NCBI GenBank assembly: GCA_964412195.1
Contig: CAYPNP010000010.1
Location: forward strand, 34,166-98,165
Reading direction: 5' to 3'
Length of the DNA stretch: 64,000 nucleotides
Source of the DNA: an uncultured Acidobacteriota bacterium
GTDB lineage: Bacteria; Acidobacteriota; JAAYUB01
In this document: positions 19,068 through 27,518 of the stretch, piece after piece
How the letters are laid out: every line of letters starts with the position of its first letter
Numbering within the stretch: the first letter of the stretch is position 1
Notes under the pieces: model-generated
What the model saw: the letters and a program-made list of their open reading frames with translations, nothing else
Databases searched by the model: none
What the model was told of the DNA's origin: nothing
Position numbers and translations under genes: made by a program

Positions 19068-20698
19068 TTGTCGATCACCCGGAGGTTTCCCGGCGCCGTG
19101 ATCGCGCCGCCTTCAATCCAGGACGGTTGCGCGTCGCCGGTCTGGCTGGCAAGATACGCCGTGCTGGTCAGGCCCAGCACGCCATTCACCCACTGGTTGT
19201 CGGAAGGGTCGGCCGGACCGACATAGGCCGGGATGGAGACTCCCGCCAGATAGGGGTGCGGGATGCCGACCCCGCCGTTCTGGATCGTGACGGAGATGTC
19301 GAGAACGAATTGCGGATTGCAGAGGTACCCGCTACCGCCGAGGTACAATCCTGACGTCGAGTTGGCATAGAGGGTGGTGGCGTAGGGCCTGGCGATATAT
19401 GCGTTGACGCTCAGGTCGTTGGAGGCGTTCCCGAGATTGATGACCGCGTCCGTCCGCGATCGGGGATGGAACAGGTTCTTCTCCACCGCCACGGTGTTCA
19501 TCTGCAGGGACGATTCCGGCAGGCTCCCCCAAGTGAAGAAGAGATTCAGGTCGTTGCAGCCGTCGTGCGGGGCCCCGACGCTCTCGAAGATATTGTTGTA
19601 CCAGAACACGTGCGGGTGGAGGGGCGGCCCGTAGATGGCGTCGGTCGAATGCTCCAGCCTCCCGTCCACGCCTTTCAGCAGGTTGTTGTAGGCGCAGGCA
19701 TAGAAGGGCTCCCGCTCCGTGTCGTAGTGGGAACTGCCCAGGGCGATGCCGATGTGCGACGTGGTGCTCTCGATGATGTTGTTGTAGACCTGGATGAAAT
19801 CCTGCCGGGCGGAGATCCCCTCGTCCTGATGGTACCGGATGATGTTGTGATGGATCTTGTCGCCGTATTCCTTGTAGGTGGTGTGATTCCCCGTGTTGTC
19901 GAGGCTCAGGTACTGCTCGGCCTTGCTCTTGATCCCCATGCAGGACCCTTCGAGCAGGTTGTAGGCGATCTCGTTCTTGTGGCGGGTGTTGTTGATGTTG
20001 GTGACGGCGGTGGGCGTGCTGACGTAATCGGAGAAGAAACTGATGTTGGCGCAGTTGTGATTGTTGGGATCGCAGTTGTTCTTCAGGTAGCAGTACTTGA
20101 TGGTGATGAACTGCGCCGCCTGGGCGTCGTTGCGGATGACGATGCCGGCGTCGTTCTCCGAACCTCCCCCGTAGTTGTCATGGATGTACAGGTACATGAA
20201 CGTCACGTAGGCGGCCGTCCACAGCGAAATCCCGCCGCCGAAGCAGGTCCCGTTGGCCGTCCCCCCCCCGGTCACCTCGAAATTCCGGAACACCCAGCGG
20301 ATCGGGCAGTACGTTTGGCTGCCCGAATGGTAGTAGATCACGGGGAGGGCCTGCTGGTGCCCCCCGTTGATCACCGCCCACTCCCCGGGGTAGGAGCGCA
20401 TCGTGATCACCGTCCCCGGCTGGCTCTGCTTGCCGTTGGGGATCTTGACGTACTCGCTGTACACGCCGCCGCGCAGGTACAGCGTGTCTCCGGAGCCCAG
20501 CGCGTTCACCCCGCGCTGGACGGTGCGGAACGGGTGCCCGATGCTCCCGTCATTCGTGTCGGCGCCCGTCGTGGCCACATAGTACGAGGCTGCGGAAACC
20601 GTCCCGATCCAGGCCGCCGCCATCCAGACGACGATCAGGAGCCGGACGGTCCGGCGCCTCCTTTTGCCTGTCAGCCGACAGGTTGGATTGCTGTCCAT
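19064..20698 (-). CDS. Secreted right-handed parallel beta-helix protein (pectate-lyase-fold; putative polysaccharide lyase/epimerase)
   Basis: N-terminal signal peptide, then SYYVATTGADTNDGSIGHPFRTVQ, typical of beta-helix glycanases. Repeated N/G-rich coils. 4-nt overlap with the downstream membrane protein. Confidence 0.6.
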   Translation of the reverse strand: MDSNPTCRLTGKRRRRTVRLLIVVWMAAAWIGTVSAASYYVATTGADTNDGSIGHPFRTVQRGVNALGSGDTLYLRGGVYSEYVKIPNGKQSQPGTVITMRSYPGEWAVINGGHQQALPVIYYHSGSQTYCPIRWVFRNFEVTGGGTANGTCFGGGISLWTAAYVTFMYLYIHDNYGGGSENDAGIVIRNDAQAAQFITIKYCYLKNNCDPNNHNCANISFFSDYVSTPTAVTNINNTRHKNEIAYNLLEGSCMGIKSKAEQYLSLDNTGNHTTYKEYGDKIHHNIIRYHQDEGISARQDFIQVYNNIIESTTSHIGIALGSSHYDTEREPFYACAYNNLLKGVDGRLEHSTDAIYGPPLHPHVFWYNNIFESVGAPHDGCNDLNLFFTWGSLPESSLQMNTVAVEKNLFHPRSRTDAVINLGNASNDLSVNAYIARPYATTLYANSTSGLYLGGSGYLCNPQFVLDISVTIQNGGVGIPHPYLAGVSIPAYVGPADPSDNQWVNGVLGLTSTAYLASQTGDAQPSWIEGGAITAPGNLRVIDK

Positions 20699-20876
20699 GC
20701 CAGCACCTCCAGACTAGAATTTTCAAGCGGTTCAGGCTCTCCGGGAGGCTCACCCTGGCTGACTCGGCTGGAGGCGTCCCTGCGTCGCTCGAGCGGTCAC
20801 TGGCGGTTGAAATCGGCTGGCGCCCATGAGCGACGGAGCCGGTGAGCCTGAATGTTTATAGCAAAAACAGCACCAA

Positions 20877-22145
20877 TTATTGTCTCAGGTACAATGCCTC
20901 GTACCGGCGCGCCATGGCCTCCGCGGAGAACAGACGCTGGAAACGGTCCAGCCCGCGGGAGGCGAATTCCTGCGCCAGGGAGGGATTGGACAGTACCTGG
21001 ATGATGGCCTCCGCCAGGGCGTCCGGATCCCCCGGCCGGACCAGGAGGCCGTTGACCCCCGGTTCGACCGCGGTCGGCACTCCACCGACATCGGTGCCCA
21101 CGATGGGACACCCCGCCGCCATCGCCTCCAGGAGGATCAGCGGCAGCCCCTCCCAGATCGAGGGGAGCGCGTACACGTCAAACAGCCGGAGCAGCGCGGG
21201 GACGTCCAGCCGGGCCCCCAGGAAGCGGACGTCGGAGTCGATGCCCAAATCCCGGGCTTCCTGCCTCAGGGCCGGCTCCAGGCCCCCCTGCCCGGCCACC
21301 AGCAGGGCGGCGCGGGGAAAAACCCGGCGGATCCGCGTCATGGCTTGCAGGAGAAAGGTGATGCCCTTCTGCTCCGTCAGTCGCACGCAGGCGCCGATGA
21401 TCGGCCCGTCCGGCTCGAGGCCGAATTCCCGCCGGAGGGACCCTGGATCGATCCGGACATCGTAGCGGCTGCCGTCGATCCCGTTGGGGATGGTCACGAT
21501 CTTGCGGGGCGAGACATGCTCGTACTTCATCAGGTTTTGAGACGTGTGATCGGAGACCCCCACCATCCGGTGCACAAAGTGGGACATCACCCACTCCGCC
21601 AGCATGTACCGGCGCTTGTCGGGGAATTGCCGGGCATGGTCGGTGTGCACTACCGTCCGCACCCCCGCCAGCAGCCCCCCCAGCGTCCCGTCCACCAGCG
21701 GCTGGGTGTTGTGGGTGTGGAGGACCGCGGCCTTCCGGTGCCGGAGGACCCGGGCGACCTTCAGAAACGCGAAGTAATCCGTGTGCCCGGTCCTGCCGGG
21801 GAGGAGGGTCACGGGGATGCCCAGGCGCTCGATCTCGGGTGCCAGCTCGCCCAGCCTCCGCAGGCAGAGCACCGAGACGTCGAATCGCTGGCGATCGATG
21901 AACCGGCAAAGGTTGACAACGATCTGCTGCAGTCCGCCGATCGCCAGGTCGTGGGTGATCTGGACCAGGGCGACGCGATCGGACCTCTCCGGCTGCTCCG
22001 GAATGCCGGCACGGGAGCTTTGCCTGGTGGGATCGAGCTCGGGATTCGGTTTCACACTACCTCGCCATTTTTCGCCCAACCGCAGCCGGAACCGGCGGAT
22101 TTCCAGGTACCCTTGCCCGATCACTAAGTGGCACGGAAGTACCAC
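20877..22145 (-). CDS. Glycosyltransferase family 4
   Basis: A RVALVQITHDLAIGG N-terminal motif and a C-terminal EGLPLILLEAMAAGCPIVGTDVGGV E-x7-E motif. The true start is probably downstream of the annotated first codon (non-ATG start). Confidence 0.75.
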   Translation of the reverse strand: MVLPCHLVIGQGYLEIRRFRLRLGEKWRGSVKPNPELDPTRQSSRAGIPEQPERSDRVALVQITHDLAIGGLQQIVVNLCRFIDRQRFDVSVLCLRRLGELAPEIERLGIPVTLLPGRTGHTDYFAFLKVARVLRHRKAAVLHTHNTQPLVDGTLGGLLAGVRTVVHTDHARQFPDKRRYMLAEWVMSHFVHRMVGVSDHTSQNLMKYEHVSPRKIVTIPNGIDGSRYDVRIDPGSLRREFGLEPDGPIIGACVRLTEQKGITFLLQAMTRIRRVFPRAALLVAGQGGLEPALRQEARDLGIDSDVRFLGARLDVPALLRLFDVYALPSIWEGLPLILLEAMAAGCPIVGTDVGGVPTAVEPGVNGLLVRPGDPDALAEAIIQVLSNPSLAQEFASRGLDRFQRLFSAEAMARRYEALYLRQ

Positions 22146-22453
22146 TCTGGATCCCCCCTGGTTCCGGCCTTGGGAAGGAACGGCGGTGCCGGGGGATTCC
22201 TCCTTCCGGAGGGCATGGAAGCACCCGTCCCGCGGCCTTTGGAGACCCTGCCGCCCCCTGCGGGCCTGAACTCCGCTTCTCCGGCGATTGGTTCAATGAT
22301 AGCACAGATCGGGAAGTTGATTGGCACGGAGCGTGATGGTCTATTTTCTTCGACCGGAGCCGTTGGGGAGGCAGATCGAACAGGGGACTCTACGCAGGCA
22401 GGAGGTGTCAAATCAAACACAAAACCGATATCCGGCATCCGCGGGGTGGCTTC

Positions 22454-24712
22454 TTGAACCCATGGGTGTGGGGGTGTATCTTCATCCTGCTGAGTTCCGC
22501 TGCCGGATGGGCCAACATCCCCCAGACCGAGCGGGACGCCCTGCTCGCCCTCTATACCAGCACGCAGGGCGACGCCTGGACGAACCGCACGGGGTGGCTG
22601 GGCGATCCGGGGACTGAACCGGGCTGGTTTGGCGTTACCTGCGATGAAGCCAACACTCACGTCATCGGAATCGAGCTGCCAAGCAACAATCTCACGGGAT
22701 ACATCCCGCCGCAGATTGGCGACTTCCCCCAGCTGCAAATCCTGGTTCTGACCTGGAATGGGCTGTCGGGATCGGTGCCGGCCGAAATCTGCAATCTGGG
22801 CATCCTGAGGTCCCTCCGTCTGGGCTCGAATCAACTTTCGGGACCACTCCCTTCCAATGTCGGGGACATGACCAGCCTGCTGGACTTCTACCTGGGAAAC
22901 AACTCGATCAGCGGCTCCCTGCCCGCCTCGCTGGGCAACCTGGCCGACCTGGAAATCCTGAATTTCAGCGACAACCAGTTCTCCGGTGGCATTCCTCCCG
23001 AACTGGCAAACCTGACGAACCTGACGACATTGTATCTGGCCGGCAATCAGTTGAGCGGTCCGTTGCCCGAGTGGCTTGGCTCGCTGAACTACCTGGTGGA
23101 CCTGCAGCTTTATAACAACCAGTTCACCGGAGGCATCCCCGCCTCTTTGGGCAACCTCTCGCAGCTGGTGTCCCTCAACCTCTCGGGCAACGGGTTGACC
23201 GGCGAGATCCCCGCCGCCCTGGGCAACTTGGGGAACCTGCAGTACCTTCAACTGGCCGGCAATCCGCTCAGCGGCAGCATTCCGCCCGCCTTGGGAGGCC
23301 TGAGCCAGCTGTTTTCGCTGAGCCTCGGCGAATGCGGCCTCACCGGAGGCATCCCGTCCGAGCTGGGCGGCCTCGCCGCGTTGCACACCCTGTACCTCGA
23401 GTTCAACGATCTGTCCGGGCCGCTGCCGTCCTCTCTCGGCTCCCTGGGCAGCCTGGAGGAAATGCTCCTCGGCTCGAACCAGTTCTCCGGCGGCATTCCG
23501 GCGGAATTCGGCGATCTCGCCGCGTTACGGATCCTGAATCTCAGCGACAATCTCCTCTCCGGATCCATTCCGGATTCCCTGGGCTCGCTGTCGAATCTCG
23601 AGGCCCTGGACCTGAGCCTCAACGACCTCAGCGGCCCGATCCCGCCGGAACTCGGGAGCCTTCCCCTGCTCAAGGATCTGAACCTCAGCGACAACGGCCT
23701 GACCGGAGCCATCCCGCCAGAACTTGGGAATCTGGTGTCGCTGAAGAGCCTGGATCTTGAAACCAACCAGTTGAGCGGGGCCATCCCGCCGCAGCTGGCC
23801 TCGCTGACCCACCTCACCCGCATGGACTTGACCTGGAACCAGCTGACCGGCGGCATCCCGGTCGAATTGACCGGTCTGGCCAACCTCCAGATCTTGCGCC
23901 TTGGGCGCAACCCGCTCAGCGGCGAGCTGCCGCCGGAGCTGGGGGGCTTGGCCAACCTTCAGGAATTGGGAATCTTCCTGACCGGGATTGACGGGCAGAT
24001 CCCGGACACGCTGGGCAACCTGACCAACCTGCAGCACTTATACCTGCATGGGAATGCCCTGATCGGCGAGATCCCCTCCACCCTCCAAAATCTGATCAAC
24101 CTCTCCCCCGCGGCCGGGGGATGGGAGTCCGGACTCCGGCTCGAAAACAACGCGGTGCACACCACCGACGACACGCTGCGGGACTTCCTCAACGCCCACC
24201 AGTACGAGGGGGATTTCGAAGCCACCCAGACGGTCGCCCCCACGGCGCTGGTCTGGACTCCGGACAGCCCCACCCGGGGCACCCTGAGCTGGGACGCCAT
24301 CGGGTACACGATCGATGTCGGTGGCTATCTGGTCTACTCCTCGCCCACGGGTCTCGCTCCCTACACGCTCTTGGGCGACACCGGCGACAAGCAGGTCACC
24401 GCCATCTCCCTGGACACCGTCCCCGGCACGACCTACCATCTGTTCGTGCAATCCTACACGCTGCCCCACGATGCCAATCCCAACCTGGTGATGAGCGAAT
24501 TCAGCGACGAGCTGGTCGTCACGGCAGGTGGACTCCTGGGAGATCTCAACATGGACGGGGAGGTGGACGCCGCCGATGTGGTGATTCTGGCGGGCTACCT
24601 GGGCGGCAGCCTGACCGGCATCCCGGCCGGCCTGGGAGCGGCGGACCTCGACGCCAATTCGCAGGTGGACGCGGTCGACCTGGCGATCCTCCTCCACGTG
24701 TTGATCCCCTGA
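22454..24712 (+). CDS. Secreted plant-type leucine-rich-repeat protein with C-terminal FN3-like and dockerin domains
   Basis: TTG start with signal peptide. A plant LRRNT-like cap (ALLALYTSTQGDAWTNRTGW...WFGVTCD) precedes about 19 tandem 24-aa LxxLxxLxLxxNxLSGxIPxxLGx repeats. These are followed by an FN3-like segment and a two-repeat dockerin (DLNMDGEVDAADVVILAGYL...DLDANSQVDAVDLAILLHVL). Confidence 0.8.
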   Translation: MNPWVWGCIFILLSSAAGWANIPQTERDALLALYTSTQGDAWTNRTGWLGDPGTEPGWFGVTCDEANTHVIGIELPSNNLTGYIPPQIGDFPQLQILVLTWNGLSGSVPAEICNLGILRSLRLGSNQLSGPLPSNVGDMTSLLDFYLGNNSISGSLPASLGNLADLEILNFSDNQFSGGIPPELANLTNLTTLYLAGNQLSGPLPEWLGSLNYLVDLQLYNNQFTGGIPASLGNLSQLVSLNLSGNGLTGEIPAALGNLGNLQYLQLAGNPLSGSIPPALGGLSQLFSLSLGECGLTGGIPSELGGLAALHTLYLEFNDLSGPLPSSLGSLGSLEEMLLGSNQFSGGIPAEFGDLAALRILNLSDNLLSGSIPDSLGSLSNLEALDLSLNDLSGPIPPELGSLPLLKDLNLSDNGLTGAIPPELGNLVSLKSLDLETNQLSGAIPPQLASLTHLTRMDLTWNQLTGGIPVELTGLANLQILRLGRNPLSGELPPELGGLANLQELGIFLTGIDGQIPDTLGNLTNLQHLYLHGNALIGEIPSTLQNLINLSPAAGGWESGLRLENNAVHTTDDTLRDFLNAHQYEGDFEATQTVAPTALVWTPDSPTRGTLSWDAIGYTIDVGGYLVYSSPTGLAPYTLLGDTGDKQVTAISLDTVPGTTYHLFVQSYTLPHDANPNLVMSEFSDELVVTAGGLLGDLNMDGEVDAADVVILAGYLGGSLTGIPAGLGAADLDANSQVDAVDLAILLHVLIP

Positions 24713-24988
24713 CCGCCGGCGTGCCCCGATCCGCCATGACGGCACGCCCGGTGTCGGGAGTTCCGGTCCAGGATGGGGAGGTGCCGGACAGACCTCCGGC
24801 GATACGGGCCTTTGGACAGGAACCGGACCGGCCCGCAGGGGCGCCATCTGAAGATCCGCAATCGACCGGATACTCACGCCAACTGCCGAATTCAACACTC
24901 CCGGATTGGCCGGGCGGCGTCCTGCCTTCGATCGCCTGGCTCGATCGTCCGACTGCCGGTCGTCCGGAGGACTGAACGGCCGCCCGAA

Positions 24989-25483
24989 TCAGTCGCCGTA
25001 CATGAATTTCATGGCCACCAGGTCGACGAGGTTGTGAACGAAATTATCGTCCAGATCCACCCGGCGGAAGGAGTCGATGAGCGGATCATCGGCGCGCAGG
25101 TCGTCTGCGAGGTAGTAGGCAAAGATAATCAGATCATCGCTGTTGAAAAGGTCATCTCCGTTGATGTCGCCTTCGGTACCGGTGTACACCCTCAATTCTT
25201 TCGAAGGAAGGCTCTCCACGCCGGTCTTGCTGATCGATGTCACGTAATAGGTGTAGGTCACCTGCGGCTCGATGGTGGAATCGCAAAAAATGGTGGTCCG
25301 CAGGGGATTGGAATTCAATCGCTCAAAAGTGGAACCGTCGTCGCTGCGGTAGAGATTGTACCCGACCGCGCCCCGAACCCGGTCCCAGCCCAACCGGTAC
25401 GCAAACCCCATTGCGGCAACCGGCAGGAGCAGGCTCATCAGCAGCCATCCGATGATCAGGCGAGGGAGAACTGCGTGCTTCAT
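24989..25483 (-). CDS. Small secreted FN3-dockerin protein
   Basis: Signal peptide MKHAVLPRLIIGWLLMSLLLPVAA. An FN3-like core (GYNLYRS...TYTYYV) and a dockerin (DINGDDLFNSDDLIIFAYYL...VDLDDNFVHNLVDLVAM). Start assigned to the internal Met following the AT-rich promoter region. Confidence 0.6.
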   Translation of the reverse strand: MKHAVLPRLIIGWLLMSLLLPVAAMGFAYRLGWDRVRGAVGYNLYRSDDGSTFERLNSNPLRTTIFCDSTIEPQVTYTYYVTSISKTGVESLPSKELRVYTGTEGDINGDDLFNSDDLIIFAYYLADDLRADDPLIDSFRRVDLDDNFVHNLVDLVAMKFMYGD

Positions 25484-25560
25484 GCGCCCCATCCGGAAGA
25501 ACCTCGACTCGAGCTGGCCTCCGACCTGGTTGAAATTATCGCAGAAGTGTAGCATTATTT

Positions 25561-25618
25561 TGTGATTTATGACACAAATTTGACTAATTTTACGAGTATT
25601 TATGACACAAACGTCACA
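25561..25618 (-). promoter_or_regulatory. Candidate CRP/FNR-family operator (TGTGA-N6-ACACA) plus a 13-bp direct repeat in an AT-rich promoter region
   Basis: TGTGATTTATGACACA is a 9/10 match to TGTGA-N6-TCACA. tttatgacacaaa is repeated exactly 35 bp downstream (tatttatgacacaaacgtcaca). The region lies 80-135 nt upstream of the FN3-dockerin gene in a locally AT-rich segment. Confidence 0.35.
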
Positions 25619-25692
25619 AATACCGTCAAGAAGAAGCCATCCGGTCCGGACAGGAGGCCGATCCGGGGGAATGGAGCCGCCGGGCGAATCGC

Positions 25693-26454
25693 TCACTCCA
25701 TGGTGACGCGGGCGAGGGTGAGGACGTAAATGCGCTCGACACCCGCCTCGGTGAGTGCCCGGCAGCAGGCGTTCAGGGTGGCGCCGGTGGTGAAGATGTC
25801 GTCCACGAGCAGCACGGAGGCCAGTCCTGCCACGGCGCGCGGGCGGACCGCATAGGCGCGGCGGACGTTGGCTTCCCGCTCGTCCACGGGCAGTGATGAC
25901 TGGACCGCCGTGGCGCGCGCCTTGCGCAGCAGCCGCCGGTGGGGCAGGCCGGCGGCCCGGGCCGTCCGCCGGGCCAGCAGCGCCGACTGGTCGAATCCGC
26001 GGGCGCGCAGGCTCCGCGGGTGCAGGGGCACGTGGGTGACCGCCTGGATGCCCAAGCCGGCATAATGGGTCTGGTAAACCTCCGCCAGCAGGGCGGCCAG
26101 CGGGATGTGCAGCCGGGATTGCTTCTCAAACTTGTAGTGATGGATCAGCTGGCGCAGGGCGCGGTCGTAGGTCCCCGCCGCCCGGGCCCGGTCGAACAGG
26201 AAGGCGCCCTCCCGGCAGAAGCGGCAGGCCGACCGCTCCGAAACGTCGCCCAGGGGGTAGCCGCAACGCTCGCACTGCCCCCCCGCCAGGCCCTTGCCGG
26301 CCTCGCGGAGGCAGCCCTGGCAGGCGCCCCGTTCCACGGGTTGTTCCAGGAAAGACCCGCACAGCAGGCAGCGGTCGGGCCAGAGGACGGTGGACAGATG
26401 TTGAAAAAGCGCCCGGGAGGGCGCCTTCAGGAATCTCCAGGGGATACGGTCCAC
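25693..26454 (-). CDS. comF: ComF-family protein (phosphoribosyltransferase domain, competence protein F-like)
   Basis: N-terminal double CxxC zinc finger (CLLCG...CQGC...CERCG...CRFC). A C-terminal PRTase motif (VLLVDDIFTTGATL). Start trimmed to an internal GTG to avoid a 110-nt overlap with dksA. Confidence 0.65.
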   Translation of the reverse strand: MDRIPWRFLKAPSRALFQHLSTVLWPDRCLLCGSFLEQPVERGACQGCLREAGKGLAGGQCERCGYPLGDVSERSACRFCREGAFLFDRARAAGTYDRALRQLIHHYKFEKQSRLHIPLAALLAEVYQTHYAGLGIQAVTHVPLHPRSLRARGFDQSALLARRTARAAGLPHRRLLRKARATAVQSSLPVDEREANVRRAYAVRPRAVAGLASVLLVDDIFTTGATLNACCRALTEAGVERIYVLTLARVTME

Positions 26455-26462
26455 CTGCGCCC

Positions 26463-26825
26463 CTAATCGCGCAGGGTGCCCTTTTCCTTCTTCTCCTGGC
26501 ACTTGATGCAGTACTTGGCCCAGGGCACCGCCTCGAGGCGCTTCGGCTCGATGGCGATCCCGCAGGCCTGGCACCGGCCGAAGCGGCCTTTTTCCAGGCG
26601 GGTCAGGGCATCGTTGATCAGGCGCAGCGTGCTGCGGTCAGCGCTGCTCTTGTTGAAGTAGAATTCCTTGGTGTAGGCGCTGGAGGCGATGTCGGCCAGA
26701 TCGCTGGGATCCTCATCCACTTCCCGTCCGGAACTCTCGGACTTCTGGACGGCGTCGAGCAATTCCTGCTGCTTGGCCTGCAATTGCTTGCGAAACTTCT
26801 CCAGTTCCTTCTTCAGCATCCCCAC
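26463..26825 (-). CDS. dksA: DksA/TraR-family C4-type zinc-finger transcription factor
   Basis: Coiled-coil N-terminus, then CQACG...CIKCQ four-Cys zinc finger. 120 aa. Confidence 0.8.
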   Translation of the reverse strand: MGMLKKELEKFRKQLQAKQQELLDAVQKSESSGREVDEDPSDLADIASSAYTKEFYFNKSSADRSTLRLINDALTRLEKGRFGRCQACGIAIEPKRLEAVPWAKYCIKCQEKKEKGTLRD

Positions 26826-26837
26826 GTCGGTCTCCTT

Positions 26838-27329
26838 TCACTTATGGTAGGGCAGATGTTTCATGATGGTGAACGCCCGGTACAGCTGCTCCGCCAGGAC
26901 CAGCGCGGCCATCTCGTGAGGCAGCGTCATCTTGGAAAGGGACAGCACCATCGCCGCCTGCTCCTTCACCCGGACGCTCAGCCCCAGGTGTCCCCCCACG
27001 ACGAACACCAGCCGCCGGCGCTCCCGGAGCAGCCGCTCCTCCAGGAACCGGCTGAAGCGGAGCGAATCCATGCTCTGGCCGCCCGCGTCCAGGGCCACGC
27101 ACACCGTGCCGGGCGCCAGCGCCGCCAGGATCCGCTCCCCCTCCTCTTCAATGATCCTCGCGCCGTCCTTGACTTCGTCGGAGTAGCGCGACTCCCTCAG
27201 CCCCCGCACCCGGCAGGGGCCGAAACGGCGGATCCGGTTCGTGTACTCCTCGAGCAGGTCGGCCACCGGGGGGCTCTTGACCTTGCCGATCATGAGGATT
27301 TCCAGATCCATCCGCGCCATCGCCCCCAA
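26838..27329 (-). CDS. rlmH: 23S rRNA (pseudouridine1915-N3)-methyltransferase RlmH (SPOUT family)
   Basis: C-terminal ...LAEQLYRAFTIMKHLPYHK, typical of RlmH/YbeA. About 157 aa if started at MDLEIL; the annotated start is possibly 6-9 codons too long. Confidence 0.8.
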   Translation of the reverse strand: MGAMARMDLEILMIGKVKSPPVADLLEEYTNRIRRFGPCRVRGLRESRYSDEVKDGARIIEEEGERILAALAPGTVCVALDAGGQSMDSLRFSRFLEERLLRERRRLVFVVGGHLGLSVRVKEQAAMVLSLSKMTLPHEMAALVLAEQLYRAFTIMKHLPYHK

Positions 27330-27373
27330 AAAGAGGAGACAATATACGAATTTCCGACAGCACTGTCAACAAA

Positions 27374-27518
27374 ATTGCGGATTGCGAATTGCGGATTGCG
27401 GATTTCAAAATTGCGGATTGCGGATTTGGGATTGCGGATTGGGGATCTAAAATCCGCAATCCGAAATCCGAAATTTCAAGATTGGAAATTCGCAATTCGC
27501 AATTGGCAATTCGCAATC
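27374..27518. repeat. Heptanucleotide minisatellite palindrome: about 10 tandem ATTGCGG-like units, then about 10 inverted (CCGCAAT/AATTGCG) units
   Basis: ATTGCGG ATTGCGA ATTGCGG ATTGCGG ... GGGGATC | TAAAATCCGCAATCCGAAATCCG...TTCGCAATTCGCAATTGGCAATTCGCAATC. The centre is near 27447. The array fills the spacer between the sigma54-EBP stop and the rlmH start. Confidence 0.8.

Noticed and set aside
25693-26574. Full-length 293-aa version of the ComF ORF
   Set aside because: It would overlap dksA by about 110 nt on the same strand. An internal GTG gives a 254-aa product of typical ComF size starting just after the dksA stop.
27374-27518. Possible CRISPR array
   Set aside because: The period is 7 bp with no unique spacers and the array is palindromic. 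It is a micro/minisatellite, not CRISPR. No cas genes are present.
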